DNA of 64,000 bases from Candidatus Woesearchaeota archaeon (GCA_035363095.1 DAOSEK010000001.1:82473-146472), one strand, 5' to 3'. Shown: positions 1 through 10,680, numbered from the stretch's first letter. Notes: generated from the letters alone by a model not told the origin. Made by a program: numbers and translations.

Positions 1-155
1 AGACATTTTATAGAAATAGGATTTAGATCTGATACAGACTCATTATTAGTAATAAAATCAAGAACAAATTTCATGCATTCTATTCCACTACCGCTTGTGA
101 TGCAATCATAATTATCTAAAAGTAATTTTTCAATATTATTTGGAAACTTTTCCAT
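1..155 (-). CDS. hypothetical protein, N-terminal part (runs off window start)
   Basis: Manual translation from ATG at 155: MEKFPNNIEKLLLDNYDCITSGSGIECMKFVLDF..., open to position 1. Confidence 0.55.
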   Translation of the reverse strand, partial: MEKFPNNIEKLLLDNYDCITSGSGIECMKFVLDFITNNESVSDLNPISIKC

Positions 156-265
156 GATTGAGCGATATTTTAGTGATTTTTATAATTTGTCTAAGAAATT
201 TTCACAATATTAGAATATTTATGCACTTTTTTAAGGAAAAAACAAAAAAAGGGTAAAAAACAGAT

Positions 266-610
266 TTAGTTTTTGGTTATTGATATGATTGAACTTATTG
301 CTACAACTGCTGTTGCAGGTGCAACAAATATAACCATTAACCCAAAAAAGTTTTGGATTGCAGAGCCTAATAGTGGAATTACTGAAAATACTGAGCCTAA
401 AGCATTAAATGTTACAATAAATGCGATACTTGCGATTAAGAATTTTTCAGTTTCTTTAGTTGTTACATTAAATAGTCCTACAACAAGACCTAAAAGTGCC
501 AAAATCCAAGCCGATACTGAGTTAATCTGCCCAAAAAATGCGATGAATAATGATAGAAGAAATCCTATCACAAACGCCAATCCACCATAGTTTATTTTCA
601 TATTTTTCAC
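266..610 (-). CDS. small multi-pass membrane protein, function unknown
   Basis: 114-aa ORF with about 4 hydrophobic segments. Confidence 0.7.
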   Translation of the reverse strand: MKNMKINYGGLAFVIGFLLSLFIAFFGQINSVSAWILALLGLVVGLFNVTTKETEKFLIASIAFIVTFNALGSVFSVIPLLGSAIQNFFGLMVIFVAPATAVVAISSIISITKN

Positions 611-819
611 CCCGATAGTATTAAAGACTAGTATGTTAATTTATGTAATGTATATAAAAAATTTGCTATTTGTGGGTTGTGGATTTTTTTAACTGGTCAA
701 GTTATGTGGGTTTTTTAGATGATTTAGGTTAGATATACTTTAAAACATGATATAAAGCCATAAAATTTTCGAAACTTGAGAGTTTGAGCATATAAATGAT
801 AGTTGTTTAAGCAACCTTT

Positions 820-2022
820 ATGTTTGCTAAAATGCTTTTGGGGCTGTTGTTTGGCACAGTTATTGGAATTATTACAGGCCTAATTCCAGGGCTTCATGTG
901 AATACTATTTGTGTTGTAGCACTGGCAATTTCTGATAAGATTTTGGGTTTTTTTGGAAAGATTGAGTTTGCCTGCTTTATTATAGCAATGTCAATTACGA
1001 ACTCTTTTACTAATGCTATACCTGCAATATTTCTGGGTGCACCTTCGGGTGAATCGGAGTCTTTGATAATTCTTCCAGGGCATAAAATGCTTTTGGAAGG
1101 AAAGGGTAATGAGGCTTTAAATCTTACAGTTTTGGGAAGTATTTTATCTCTTTTGACATCGGTTTTGCTTACTCCTGTTTTGATTTTTTTATTTGTCTTT
1201 ATTAATTCTGTTATCAAGAAATATATCGGCTATGTTATTTTAGGGTTTGTGCTTTTTGTTACATTAAAAGGAAATTCTAAGTTAAAGAATCTTTCGTTCT
1301 TTTTTTTATCGGGGATATTGGGGATTTTTTCGTTGGGGACGAATAATAGTAATACACTTCTTCCTTTGCTTTCAGGTCTTTTTGGGATTAGTTCAATGGT
1401 ACTTTCTTTAAGCCAGAATGTTTCAATTCCAAAGCAAGAAAATGTTGGGAATATGGATATTAAAAAAGGAATGATATTTAAGGCTGTTATAGGTGCGTCA
1501 CTAGTAGCGTCGGTAGCGGCGTTTCTTCCAGGTTTTGGAGGGGCACAATCAGCTATTCTTGCACAAACTTTTCTTGGGGATATGGGTAGTGAGGGTTTTT
1601 TGGTGCTTACTGGGGGGATTAATACTGCGAATATGGTGATTTCACTTGATACTTTTTATTCTATTGGAAAAGCAAGAAACGGTGCAATTGTTGCAATAAC
1701 TTCTTTTTTTGAGAGTATTACTTTAAAGCAAATGCTTATCTTTATTTTTACATCGCTTGCAATAGGCGGGCTTTCAGGGGCGTTGTCTGTTTTTCTCTCA
1801 AAGAAATTCTCCGAGTTTATTACTAGGATTAATTATCGGATGATTCTGATTTCTATTATTGTGTTTCTAATTGGTCTTACTTTTGCAACCTCAGGGTTTG
1901 TTGGACTAATTATTTTGGTTAGCTCTAGCGCTTTAGGGATTTGCGCCTCGCTTTTGACTGTTGGAAAGAATAATCTTATGGGTTGTTTGATATTGCCTGT
2001 TTTAATCTATTTTTTATGGTAG
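820..2022 (+). CDS. tripartite tricarboxylate transporter TctA-like (DUF112) membrane protein
   Basis: GLIPGLHVN and IPAIFLGAP...LPGHKMLLEGKG motifs; highly hydrophobic 400 aa. Confidence 0.8.
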   Translation: MFAKMLLGLLFGTVIGIITGLIPGLHVNTICVVALAISDKILGFFGKIEFACFIIAMSITNSFTNAIPAIFLGAPSGESESLIILPGHKMLLEGKGNEALNLTVLGSILSLLTSVLLTPVLIFLFVFINSVIKKYIGYVILGFVLFVTLKGNSKLKNLSFFFLSGILGIFSLGTNNSNTLLPLLSGLFGISSMVLSLSQNVSIPKQENVGNMDIKKGMIFKAVIGASLVASVAAFLPGFGGAQSAILAQTFLGDMGSEGFLVLTGGINTANMVISLDTFYSIGKARNGAIVAITSFFESITLKQMLIFIFTSLAIGGLSGALSVFLSKKFSEFITRINYRMILISIIVFLIGLTFATSGFVGLIILVSSSALGICASLLTVGKNNLMGCLILPVLIYFLW

Positions 2023-2083
2023 ATATTTTTGGAAAGGATTGAAGTAGTGAGAACTAAAGGAGAATTTTTTAGGTTTTGTTTTT

Positions 2084-2707
2084 TTAGGTTTTTATGGCAA
2101 ATATGTTTATCCAATCTTCCTTCTTGTGATCAATCGCGATTTTTTCAATCTTAAATCCTTGGGAGCTAATAAGCTCTTTTATTTCTTGCTGAGAGTAAAA
2201 GGAGTAGAATTTTGAAAAGCCTTTGTATTCTTTTTTTTTTACAAATCTTTCGCCTATACCTGATTTAACTGAGATGGAGAGCAATCCTTTAGGTTTTAGT
2301 ACTTTAAAGAATTGATTTAATGCGATTTTAGCCTCGGTTTTGGGGAGGTGCAAAAAAGAAGCACATGCCCAGATACCATCAAATTGCTCTTTTTGAAATG
2401 TTAGATCTCTCATGTCCATTTCTAAAAAATGTGCGTTGGGGACATTTTTCAAAGCGATTTCTAAAAGATTTTTGGAGAGGTCTATTCCTATTGGATTTAG
2501 TCCTTGCTCTAAGAAGTATTTTACATCCCTTCCCGTACCACACCCCACATCTAAAATATTTTTACCATTCAGATTTTTTATGAATTCATCTATTAATTGT
2601 TTTATTGGGGTTATATCAAGATGTGTGCTTGCATATTCTTGGGCAGTTTTATCATATGAGGTTATGGTTTTTTTTATTATGTTTTGTCTTTGCATTTGAA
2701 AAACCAT
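2084..2707 (-). CDS. class I SAM-dependent methyltransferase
   Basis: ILDVGCGTGRD motif I; FDGIWACASFLHL. Confidence 0.85.
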   Translation of the reverse strand: MVFQMQRQNIIKKTITSYDKTAQEYASTHLDITPIKQLIDEFIKNLNGKNILDVGCGTGRDVKYFLEQGLNPIGIDLSKNLLEIALKNVPNAHFLEMDMRDLTFQKEQFDGIWACASFLHLPKTEAKIALNQFFKVLKPKGLLSISVKSGIGERFVKKKEYKGFSKFYSFYSQQEIKELISSQGFKIEKIAIDHKKEDWINIFAIKT

Positions 2708-2752
2708 TTATGTTTTTGGTTTTGCTAATTTAAAAATATTTTATGATATTGG

Positions 2753-3670
2753 TTATAAGTTTGACTGCAAGGTTTGCTCAGGCGTAAGGGTGGTTATTAT
2801 AGGGGTTTTTAGCACTAAAATGGTATGCTCATATTGAGATACTAATCCATCTGATGCTTCTACTAATGGTTTGTATTCATCTATAGAATTTGACCTTAAC
2901 AGGTCGCCAAGTGCTAATGCGACCATGGCTTTTGAGAATTTTTTTTCAAGCCACCTGCGTGCAAAAGGCATTTTGTTATAGCTTTTTATTTGCTCTCCTA
3001 TTTTTTTTGTTATTGGATTTCTTGTGTTTTTTATTTCTATTTCTATGAAAACATTTGCAATTCCCTGTTCTGTTACTCTGCCACCCCCCGTGGTTGCAAA
3101 TGGCTCCATGGCTATTACCTGACCTTCTATTAGTTCTGATGAGTCGTTTGTATTATAGTTTGGGATGCTTGGATGTGTGTGTAGTGTATAGATATCCATG
3201 GTGTGTCCTGATAGGTTTTTTATTGGGTTAAAGCCCTTTTTTGAGATTGCATTTTCTATTGCACTGCCAACTGATGAGATTTTAGCACCTATCATAACAG
3301 CTTTAAAGCCTGCTTCAAAGCCCTCTTTTGAGGCTAGCAAAAGCTCTTTATTTTTACCACTTAAATCGATTGTTATTGCTGTGTCTCCTATCGCTCCGTT
3401 TACCATCGCTCCAACATCTAGTTTTATTATATCTTCTCCAATCAGGGTATTGTCGTCTATTGCAGGACAGAAATGAGCAGCGGTGTTGTTTAGTGAAATT
3501 TGTGCAGGGAAAGCTATTTGCCCTCCTTCTTTTATGATTCTTTCTTCAATTAAATCAAGTATTTCTCTTATGATTGCACCTTTTTTGATTAGGGATACGC
3601 CATAGTCCCTTGCGATTGCTGCAATCTTGCCTGCCATTAGCCAGTCTTTGTATTGTTTGTTAGTTTCCAT
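2753..3670 (-). CDS. map: type II methionine aminopeptidase
   Basis: AFPAQISLNNTAAHF, KLDVGA..GAIGDTA, NLSGH, AMEPF, SQYEHT motifs. Confidence 0.95.
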   Translation of the reverse strand: METNKQYKDWLMAGKIAAIARDYGVSLIKKGAIIREILDLIEERIIKEGGQIAFPAQISLNNTAAHFCPAIDDNTLIGEDIIKLDVGAMVNGAIGDTAITIDLSGKNKELLLASKEGFEAGFKAVMIGAKISSVGSAIENAISKKGFNPIKNLSGHTMDIYTLHTHPSIPNYNTNDSSELIEGQVIAMEPFATTGGGRVTEQGIANVFIEIEIKNTRNPITKKIGEQIKSYNKMPFARRWLEKKFSKAMVALALGDLLRSNSIDEYKPLVEASDGLVSQYEHTILVLKTPIITTLTPEQTLQSNL

Positions 3671-3838
3671 TGGATTCGCCTTTTTACTAAACTAGATATT
3701 ATTTTGTTAAGCTGTTTATTTGCTAGTTCTTCGCCTATTAGAATGTCAGTCAGTTTATAAATTTTAGGTTGGAAGGTTGAAAAAATCCAGAAAAAATGAA
3801 AATGTTTTTAAAAATGAAATACTACCTGTTCTAATTGA

Positions 3839-4525
3839 ATGGTAATTTTTCCTTTGAATAAGAAGAGCTTTAAGCTTGTAGGTGTGATATCCCATTTAGG
3901 GATTATTACAGATCTGGAGAGAGGGTTTAGGTTGGAAGGCTCTGTTGATAAGGCTGTTGTTAGTGTTAAGGAGCTTTGCGAGTTTTGCGTTGAGAATGAT
4001 ATTGAGTTTTGCTCTTTGTTTTTATTTGGAAAGGTTTATCCTGAAGAATACGAAAAGCAGAAATTTATTAGAGAAATGGCTTGTCTTTTGCTTAATGATG
4101 AATTCTTTTCAAATATAAGAATAAGTGTAATGGGGAGATGGGCAGAGCTCTCAGAGATTTCAAATGATGTTAATGCACTGCTTTCAAAGGAGAAAAAGGA
4201 GACGAAATTGACACTTTCACTTTTCCTTAATTATTCGCAAAGAGAGGAGATTGTTGATGTTATTAGGGTGATTACAAAAAAGATAGAGCTTGGAAAGATA
4301 AGCCCTGAAGAGGTTACAAGATACGTGGTTGATGAGCATATTCAACCGGATGTGCCTGATCTTTCAGTGGTTTTGTTTTTTAATACTGATGGCTTTGGAG
4401 ATTTTGTTGGGTTTAAGTTATCTACTGCGATTTTTGGTTTGAGCGAAAAAAGCTTTATTGAGGTTAGAAGGCAAGATATTTTTGAGGCTATTAAAAAGAC
4501 TGGATATGCTTTGATAAAGCATTGA
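3839..4525 (+). CDS. degenerate cis-prenyltransferase (UppS-fold) protein
   Basis: HLGII, IRISVMGRWAEL, LSLFLNYSQREEIVD and PDL segments follow the UppS layout, but the catalytic DGNRR motif is absent. Confidence 0.6.
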   Translation: MVIFPLNKKSFKLVGVISHLGIITDLERGFRLEGSVDKAVVSVKELCEFCVENDIEFCSLFLFGKVYPEEYEKQKFIREMACLLLNDEFFSNIRISVMGRWAELSEISNDVNALLSKEKKETKLTLSLFLNYSQREEIVDVIRVITKKIELGKISPEEVTRYVVDEHIQPDVPDLSVVLFFNTDGFGDFVGFKLSTAIFGLSEKSFIEVRRQDIFEAIKKTGYALIKH

Positions 4526-4599
4526 AATCCCTTTTAGCCTTTCTAACAATAGAATTTGGATTAATAAAATTTTGACATTCCTTTGTTTTGAGGAGGTTT

Positions 4600-4908
4600 T
4601 CAATCTACTGTGAAAAGGGTGTTATCATGGACATCAAAAAGCTTTATTCTTGCTCCTGCATCAAGCCAGCCATGGGCGTAATTGATTGCAGCAAAGGCGT
4701 TGATATAGTCTTGTTTTTCAAAGAAATGAAGGGCATCGGAGTAGTAGCATTTTGCCATGTTTAAGAAATCTTTTGCTTCTTTTATGCGGGAGCCATCCAT
4801 TTTTGAGCTTTCTACCATCTCAATAGCTTTTGTTGTTATTGAAAAGTATTTTTGGAGCTTTTTTTTGGTGATTATATTCATTAAGTTTGGGTTTTGTTCT
4901 TTTTTCAT
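4600..4908 (-). CDS. DUF357 family protein
   Basis: MAKCYYSDALHF..DYINAFAAINYAHGWLDAGARI signature. Confidence 0.9.
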   Translation of the reverse strand: MKKEQNPNLMNIITKKKLQKYFSITTKAIEMVESSKMDGSRIKEAKDFLNMAKCYYSDALHFFEKQDYINAFAAINYAHGWLDAGARIKLFDVHDNTLFTVD

Positions 4909-5075
4909 TTTAGTAAGTGTTAGGGATATTTTTTTGTTTAAGTATTTAGTGTTTTAGATTTGTTTTTAGGGTTTTTATCGTTTGTTTTATTGTATATTGT
5001 ATTAAAGTTTTGCTCCATTACTTTTTAACGCCTTTTAATAGTGTGCAATTATATTTAAATAATTTTTAGGGTGAC

Positions 5076-7019
5076 TTAAGAGATTAGATAAACCAAGAAG
5101 AATTCTTTTACGACAAAATAGTTATATGAGATGTTTTCAAATCTCGGTTTTGCAATTTTGAATGCATCTTCTTTGCATACATAAACAACACCTTCTTGCA
5201 AGTTGCCTGCAAAGAATTCCTTTTGTCTGTTAAGTATATTTTCTTCTTGTTCTTTTGTCGTTCTTGAAAGACGCACATCTGAAATTTTAAGATTGTTTTC
5301 AATTGCGATTATTGTGAATTCTTTGTGTATTGGTGTGTTTATGTTGATATTAATTAAAGCTAACTCGCTATTTGTTTTGGCTACAAATTGCCATATCGGG
5401 TCCTCTAATATATTTTTGTATTTATGTTTTACAGATGTAAGTTTTGATACTTCGTTAAATATTGATGATAGTTCATATATGTGTAAGATTAGAAAAATGA
5501 TTAAAAATATACAAACTAGATTTTGAATGTTAGGAGTTTTAACCTTTGAAAAAGTATAGAAAATGAAAATAATGATTAGATAATAAAGTGGCCATAAAAA
5601 CCTCGCACTCGCAGCGAATTGCGTTAAAATAATCAAGAAACTGGGGATTTCATATTCTAGTATGAGATTGTTATTAAAGCGTATTTGGTTTGATAAAGAA
5701 AATATTGCCAAAAGAACTACTGCAAGAGCTAAATGAAATTTTTTATAAAAAATCTTTTGGAGTATTCTTTTTCTAAGTGAGATTATAAGTGTAATTGCCA
5801 ATCCTAATAATACACTTATCCCTAAATAATTAAACACCTCACTATTTGATGAAAATATTGGAAAAGAATTAAAAAATCTTGAATAGTAAAGGGGATTAAA
5901 TAAAGAGTTTATATCGTTTGCACAGGTTCCAAATTCATTAATTCCAGATGAAATACTAGCTTGCCCTATTCCTATGAAGTACCCTGAAAAGAACATGATA
6001 AGAATTTGTAAAAATATAATTGGGGTTAATATAATAGACATTTTTAGGATATTATTTTTTTTGAGTTGTGAGATAAAATAGAAGATAAATACAATAAATA
6101 CCATTACGTATAGGTATAAATGTATGAGAAGTGCTGTTGAAATTAGCAGTGTCCAGTATAAAATATCTTTTTTTTCTTTCTTTTTTAAAAAAAGGTAAAA
6201 GGATGCGATTATTAAGAAATGTGCCAGTAGTGCAAGATGACCGCATAAGTAACGTTGTGCAAGTATTGGACTTAGTATGAAAAAAAGGGATGAAGGTATT
6301 AGAAAATTCATTTTTGTTGAGTATAGCTTTAATAACTTAAATGAGAAATGCCCCATTAGGATGTAACATGTTAGAATCCAAATGCCAAAGTATTGGAATG
6401 GAGTTGGTAGTATTTTATTGAAAGGTTTTAAAATGATGGCAAGTAGGGGGATTGAATCTGTGAATACTACGCTTGTTTGGGGGTATCCAATTGATACTAT
6501 TTTTCCAATTGGAAACTGTAATCCTTCTTGTCTGTATGCAAGCCAACCGTAATAGTAGTGTTTAATATCACCATCTCCTAAATTGCCCTGCAAAAGCCAG
6601 TCGACATAATTGGGGTTTAAAAGTGAGATATTGAATATGGATAGAAAAATAATTGTTCCTAGAATTATACCAGTCCAAGGGATTATCTTATTTAGAACAG
6701 GAGTATTTTTTGAGAATGATACTGCTAAAAAAATTAAAATAGATAAAAAGAATACTATTAATGTTTGAAGGATAGAAAAATATTTTGCTCTGAAAATTAA
6801 GTAAAAAGTTACAAAAAGCGATAAGCATATTGAAGATAACAAAACTCTTTTCAAAAAAGCCTTTTTTGAAGGAGTATTCTTGTTGGTAGAAGCGTTTGGA
6901 ACAAATTCTTTTGGGATTATATTATTATCACCTTTTGAACAGTTTGCAAATGAACTATATGAATCTAACCAACAAGTTATTTGAATCAGTGGGTATTTTA
7001 AATATGTGAAAATGGACAT
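5076..7019 (-). CDS. polytopic membrane protein, DUF6311/GT-C-like (putative glycosyltransferase), paralog 1
   Basis: D..HYYGWLAYR, SVVFTDSIPLLA, YLG, ARFLWPLYY motifs; many TM helices. Confidence 0.65.
   Translation of the reverse strand: MSIFTYLKYPLIQITCWLDSYSSFANCSKGDNNIIPKEFVPNASTNKNTPSKKAFLKRVLLSSICLSLFVTFYLIFRAKYFSILQTLIVFFLSILIFLAVSFSKNTPVLNKIIPWTGIILGTIIFLSIFNISLLNPNYVDWLLQGNLGDGDIKHYYYGWLAYRQEGLQFPIGKIVSIGYPQTSVVFTDSIPLLAIILKPFNKILPTPFQYFGIWILTCYILMGHFSFKLLKLYSTKMNFLIPSSLFFILSPILAQRYLCGHLALLAHFLIIASFYLFLKKKEKKDILYWTLLISTALLIHLYLYVMVFIVFIFYFISQLKKNNILKMSIILTPIIFLQILIMFFSGYFIGIGQASISSGINEFGTCANDINSLFNPLYYSRFFNSFPIFSSNSEVFNYLGISVLLGLAITLIISLRKRILQKIFYKKFHLALAVVLLAIFSLSNQIRFNNNLILEYEIPSFLIILTQFAASARFLWPLYYLIIIFIFYTFSKVKTPNIQNLVCIFLIIFLILHIYELSSIFNEVSKLTSVKHKYKNILEDPIWQFVAKTNSELALINININTPIHKEFTIIAIENNLKISDVRLSRTTKEQEENILNRQKEFFAGNLQEGVVYVCKEDAFKIAKPRFENISYNYFVVKEFFLVYLIS
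6371..6551. repeat. 181-bp perfect repeat, copy 1 (identical to 8440..8620)
   Basis: Direct comparison of the two paralogs; offset 2069 bp. Confidence 0.9.
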
Positions 7020-7147
7020 TTTTTAGTTGCGATTCTTAAAATATTTAAGCTTTTCTTGAGCAAGGTATATTTGACTTTTTGTAAGGATTAGTATTCTTGG
7101 GTTTTTATGTATGTGATTAAGTGGATTGCATCGTATTGGCAAGGAAC

Positions 7148-9148
7148 TTAAGGAACTAGGTATACCACGTCGAATTTTCCAACAATAAAATGACGATGAG
7201 AAGTGTTAAATAGGTTTTTTGTTTTATTGTACAGCTCACGAGTACTTAAGTAAGCTACACCTCGTTGGAGATCACCATTTAAATATTCGTTTTTTCGCTT
7301 GAGAATATGTATATCCTGTTCAAGCGTAGTTCTTGCTAAACGAACATTGGAAATTTTCAGATTATATTTAATTGCGACTATTGTAAATTCTTGATAATCA
7401 GGCAAATTATCAGTCAAGTCAATTAGAGATAGTTCGCTATTTGCTTTGGATACCTCCTCCCAGAAGGTCATTTTAAGGTATAGATTATTGTACGTGTGTT
7501 CTTTTAAACTGTATTGTGTAACCTCTTGATAAATTGATGAGAGTTCATATGTTTGAAATATCAATAGGATTAAAATTATTATTGCGAATAATGAATTTTT
7601 TTTCAATTTTGCAAATGTTATGAAGATAAAAAGAAATACTAAATAGTATAAAGGCCATAGGAATCTGGCCGTTGCAACAAATTGTGTTAAGAATGTAAAA
7701 AAGTTAGGAATGTTATATTCAAATAATATATTTCTATTTAACCTTATTTTGTTTGATAAGGAAAAGAAGCCTAATATTAATGATGAAAATATTAACCAAA
7801 AATTTTTGAAAAAGAGTCTTTTAAATGTTCTTGTGAAAAAAGAGAGGGTTATTGCGATTAAAAGCCCTACGATTATTCCTAACCCTAAGTAGTTAAAAAC
7901 ATAAATATCTGGGGTTTTAATTGGCAACATCATCGATTTTAATACTCTTGAATAGTTTAGTGGATTTATTAAAGAGTTTAGATTACTACTACAAAGACCA
8001 AATTCATTACCTCCTGAAGCTATCCCTGAGTTTGTTGTTCCTATGAAATATCCGGAGATATAAATTAAAAAGAATTGACATATTGATATTAGGACTAAAT
8101 AACATAATATTTTGAAGAGATTATTTTTTTTTATGATCGTAATTGAGTAAAATAGGAATATGAAAAAAATCAGGGCGTATAGATATAGGTGAGTTAATAA
8201 TGATGAAGAAAGTAACAAGAACCATTTTAAAAGGTCTTTTTTTTCTTTCTTTTTTAAAAAAAGATAAAAGGATGCTATTATTAAAAAATGTGCCATTAAA
8301 GCGATATGACTACAAATAAATCTTTGGGTCATAATAGGACTTAGTATGAAAAAAAGGGATGAAGGTATTAAATAATATATTTTTTGAGAATATAGTGCTA
8401 ATAGTTTAAATGAGAAATGCCCCATTAGCATGTAACATATTAGAATCCAAATGCCAAAGTATTGGAATGGAGTTGGTAGTATTTTATTGAAAGGTTTTAA
8501 AATGATGGCAAGTAGGGGGATTGAATCTGTGAATACTACGCTTGTTTGGGGGTATCCAATTGATACTATTTTTCCAATTGGAAACTGTAATCCTTCTTGT
8601 CTGTATGCAAGCCAACCGTAGTAGTGAAATTTTGTGTCACCACTACCTACGTCTTCCAATAATAGCCAGTCATCGTAGGAAGGGTTTATAATTGTGATGT
8701 TAAATATAGATAGAAATACAAGTCCTCCAAGGATTAAGCCTGTTAATTGAGGCAATTTTTTAAGGAGAGGATTATTTTTTTTAAGTATTAGGTAAAAAAA
8801 CAATGCGATTGATAGAGATAGTGTGATTGTTGTTTGGAATGTTGTGAAGTTTTTGGCTCTAAAAACTAAATAGAATGAGAGGAATAAAATTAAATAAATG
8901 AACAATAGATATATGTAATTTTCATTTATCTTTTTAGTAATGAAGGATATTTTTGAGAGGGGCAGATTTGGAAGATCTGAATTTTTTGTTGAGATTGTTT
9001 TATGCCAATCATTTTTTTGATTTTCGTTTGAGGTGTAACTAGATTTGTTAGAAGAATCAGGATTGTTTTTATGTTTATTTAAAAAAATGGGAGGATTCAT
9101 GGGATTTTTTGCAGGTATCAAAAGTTTATAAGCTTTTCTTGGGTGCAC
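7148..9148 (-). CDS. polytopic membrane protein, DUF6311/GT-C-like, paralog 2
   Basis: Full-length similarity to 5076..7019 with the same motifs. Confidence 0.65.
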   Translation of the reverse strand: MHPRKAYKLLIPAKNPMNPPIFLNKHKNNPDSSNKSSYTSNENQKNDWHKTISTKNSDLPNLPLSKISFITKKINENYIYLLFIYLILFLSFYLVFRAKNFTTFQTTITLSLSIALFFYLILKKNNPLLKKLPQLTGLILGGLVFLSIFNITIINPSYDDWLLLEDVGSGDTKFHYYGWLAYRQEGLQFPIGKIVSIGYPQTSVVFTDSIPLLAIILKPFNKILPTPFQYFGIWILICYMLMGHFSFKLLALYSQKIYYLIPSSLFFILSPIMTQRFICSHIALMAHFLIIASFYLFLKKKEKKDLLKWFLLLSSSLLTHLYLYALIFFIFLFYSITIIKKNNLFKILCYLVLISICQFFLIYISGYFIGTTNSGIASGGNEFGLCSSNLNSLINPLNYSRVLKSMMLPIKTPDIYVFNYLGLGIIVGLLIAITLSFFTRTFKRLFFKNFWLIFSSLILGFFSLSNKIRLNRNILFEYNIPNFFTFLTQFVATARFLWPLYYLVFLFIFITFAKLKKNSLFAIIILILLIFQTYELSSIYQEVTQYSLKEHTYNNLYLKMTFWEEVSKANSELSLIDLTDNLPDYQEFTIVAIKYNLKISNVRLARTTLEQDIHILKRKNEYLNGDLQRGVAYLSTRELYNKTKNLFNTSHRHFIVGKFDVVYLVP
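8440..8620. repeat. 181-bp perfect repeat, copy 2
   Basis: Identical to 6371..6551. Confidence 0.9.
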
Positions 9149-9348
9149 ATTATCTAAATAATTTATGAAGTAGTTAATGGAGAGAAGTTAATGATTACAG
9201 GTAGATATGAACAAAGGGCATTTTCAAGGCAGTTTTTATTTTAGAAACGTTTTTAAATAAGATTGGTTCTCCGTTTTAGATAAGCATAAGCGTTTGGTTT
9301 ATGAATTTATTTTTTGTAAGTATTATGATTTTTGAGTAGGTGTTTTTT

Positions 9349-9618
9349 ATGAAAGGGATAATCTCAAGTTTTAGAAGAAGCAAGCACAGAACTAGTGAGA
9401 ATCAGATGATTGTTAAAGTGGCAGGTATTGAGGATAAGGATTCTGCTGAAAAGCTTGTGGGAAGGAGTTTGGTTTGGAAAACTTCAGGGCAAAAGGATAA
9501 AAAAATTGCAGGTAAAATTTCTGCAGTTCATGGTTCTAAGGGCTTTGTCAGGGCAATTTTTGAAAAAGGTATGCCTGGACAAGCGCTGAGAGGAGAAGTT
9601 GATATTTCTGATAAATGA
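9349..9618 (+). CDS. rpl35ae: 50S ribosomal protein L35Ae (eL33)
   Basis: FRRSKHRT..GKISAVHGSKGFVRAIFEKGMPGQA; ATG at 9349 preferred. Confidence 0.92.
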   Translation: MKGIISSFRRSKHRTSENQMIVKVAGIEDKDSAEKLVGRSLVWKTSGQKDKKIAGKISAVHGSKGFVRAIFEKGMPGQALRGEVDISDK

Positions 9619-9672
9619 TTTTATTATATTTTGGTATTTGTTTTTGGATCTTTTAGATTGATTTGTAGAGTG

Positions 9673-10680
9673 TCAGGATAGATGATTTTGTTTTGTTTGC
9701 AGGGGGAGTAATTTTTCTTTTATGTTTTCTAGCTCTTTTGAAGATAGGGAGTATACGTTTGTATTAAGGATTTTTGAGGATAAACCTATTTCTATGATTA
9801 GCTTTTCAGCCTGTTTTTTTGTGGAATATTCTAGATTATTTAGATTTGATAAATCAATTATGGCATCTCTTAGGGCGTTTTTGGCTTTTTTTGTGCGCTG
9901 AGAAAGAAGTTTTTGGAGTATATAATTTATGCTGGTATCGTTTTGATAGGTTTTGGATTCTAAGTTTTTGGAGTTTGAGTTTTTGGAATTAATGTTTTTG
10001 GATAATAATAAGTTACTTTTAAGGGAGGCTTTTTTTGTTAGTTTTATTAGGCAAGAGTCAGATTTGGGAATGGGATTAAATGATTCTTTAGGGATATTTA
10101 ACAGGTGTGTTATGTTAAAAAATGATTCAAAATATATGCTTTTTTTTATTTTTTTGTAAAATCCTAATGGGATTATAAAAAAGCCAATTTGAAATCCTGG
10201 CATTGTGCTTAGTGCTTTTAGTGTTGGCTCGCATATTTTGTAAGGGAGACTTGAGAATACTAAGTCAAATGAGAAGGTGAGAGGAAACTTTGAAGTTGAA
10301 TTATAAGATAAGCCTGAAGATGATTTAATAGAGTATGAGTTTCTTAGGGGTTTGGATTTTTGGTTTTGGATTTTTGATTTTAGAGTTTTTAGGTATTTTA
10401 ATGCATCATTGTATTCAATGGTTACATTTTTTGGAAGGGAAGATAATGCGATTGAAAGTGTTTTATCGATTTCAACTGCGACTACTTCTTTTGAGAGTAA
10501 AGCAAGCTCTTTTGTTATGGCTCCAGTACCGGGACCTATTTCTAGTATTGAATTGAAATAAGGAGCTTTTTTAGATTGAGAGTTGGTTTTGATTGCTTTG
10601 ATTATGTCTTTGATTATTTTTGTGTTTATTAGGAAGTTTTGATCGTGCTCTTTTTTGGGGGTTATTTTTATTTTTTTCAT
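9673..10680 (-). CDS. ksgA: rRNA adenine N6-dimethyltransferase KsgA/Dim1 family
   Basis: DQNFLI, ILEIGPGTGAIT, VAVEID, SSLPYKI, FNPIPKSDS; carries low-complexity insertions. Confidence 0.85.
   Translation of the reverse strand: MKKIKITPKKEHDQNFLINTKIIKDIIKAIKTNSQSKKAPYFNSILEIGPGTGAITKELALLSKEVVAVEIDKTLSIALSSLPKNVTIEYNDALKYLKTLKSKIQNQKSKPLRNSYSIKSSSGLSYNSTSKFPLTFSFDLVFSSLPYKICEPTLKALSTMPGFQIGFFIIPLGFYKKIKKSIYFESFFNITHLLNIPKESFNPIPKSDSCLIKLTKKASLKSNLLLSKNINSKNSNSKNLESKTYQNDTSINYILQKLLSQRTKKAKNALRDAIIDLSNLNNLEYSTKKQAEKLIIEIGLSSKILNTNVYSLSSKELENIKEKLLPLQTKQNHLS

Noticed and set aside
6337..8620. Diversity-generating retroelement TR/VR pair
   Set aside because: Both copies are coding and essentially identical, there is no adenine-specific mismatch pattern, and no reverse transcriptase is in the window.
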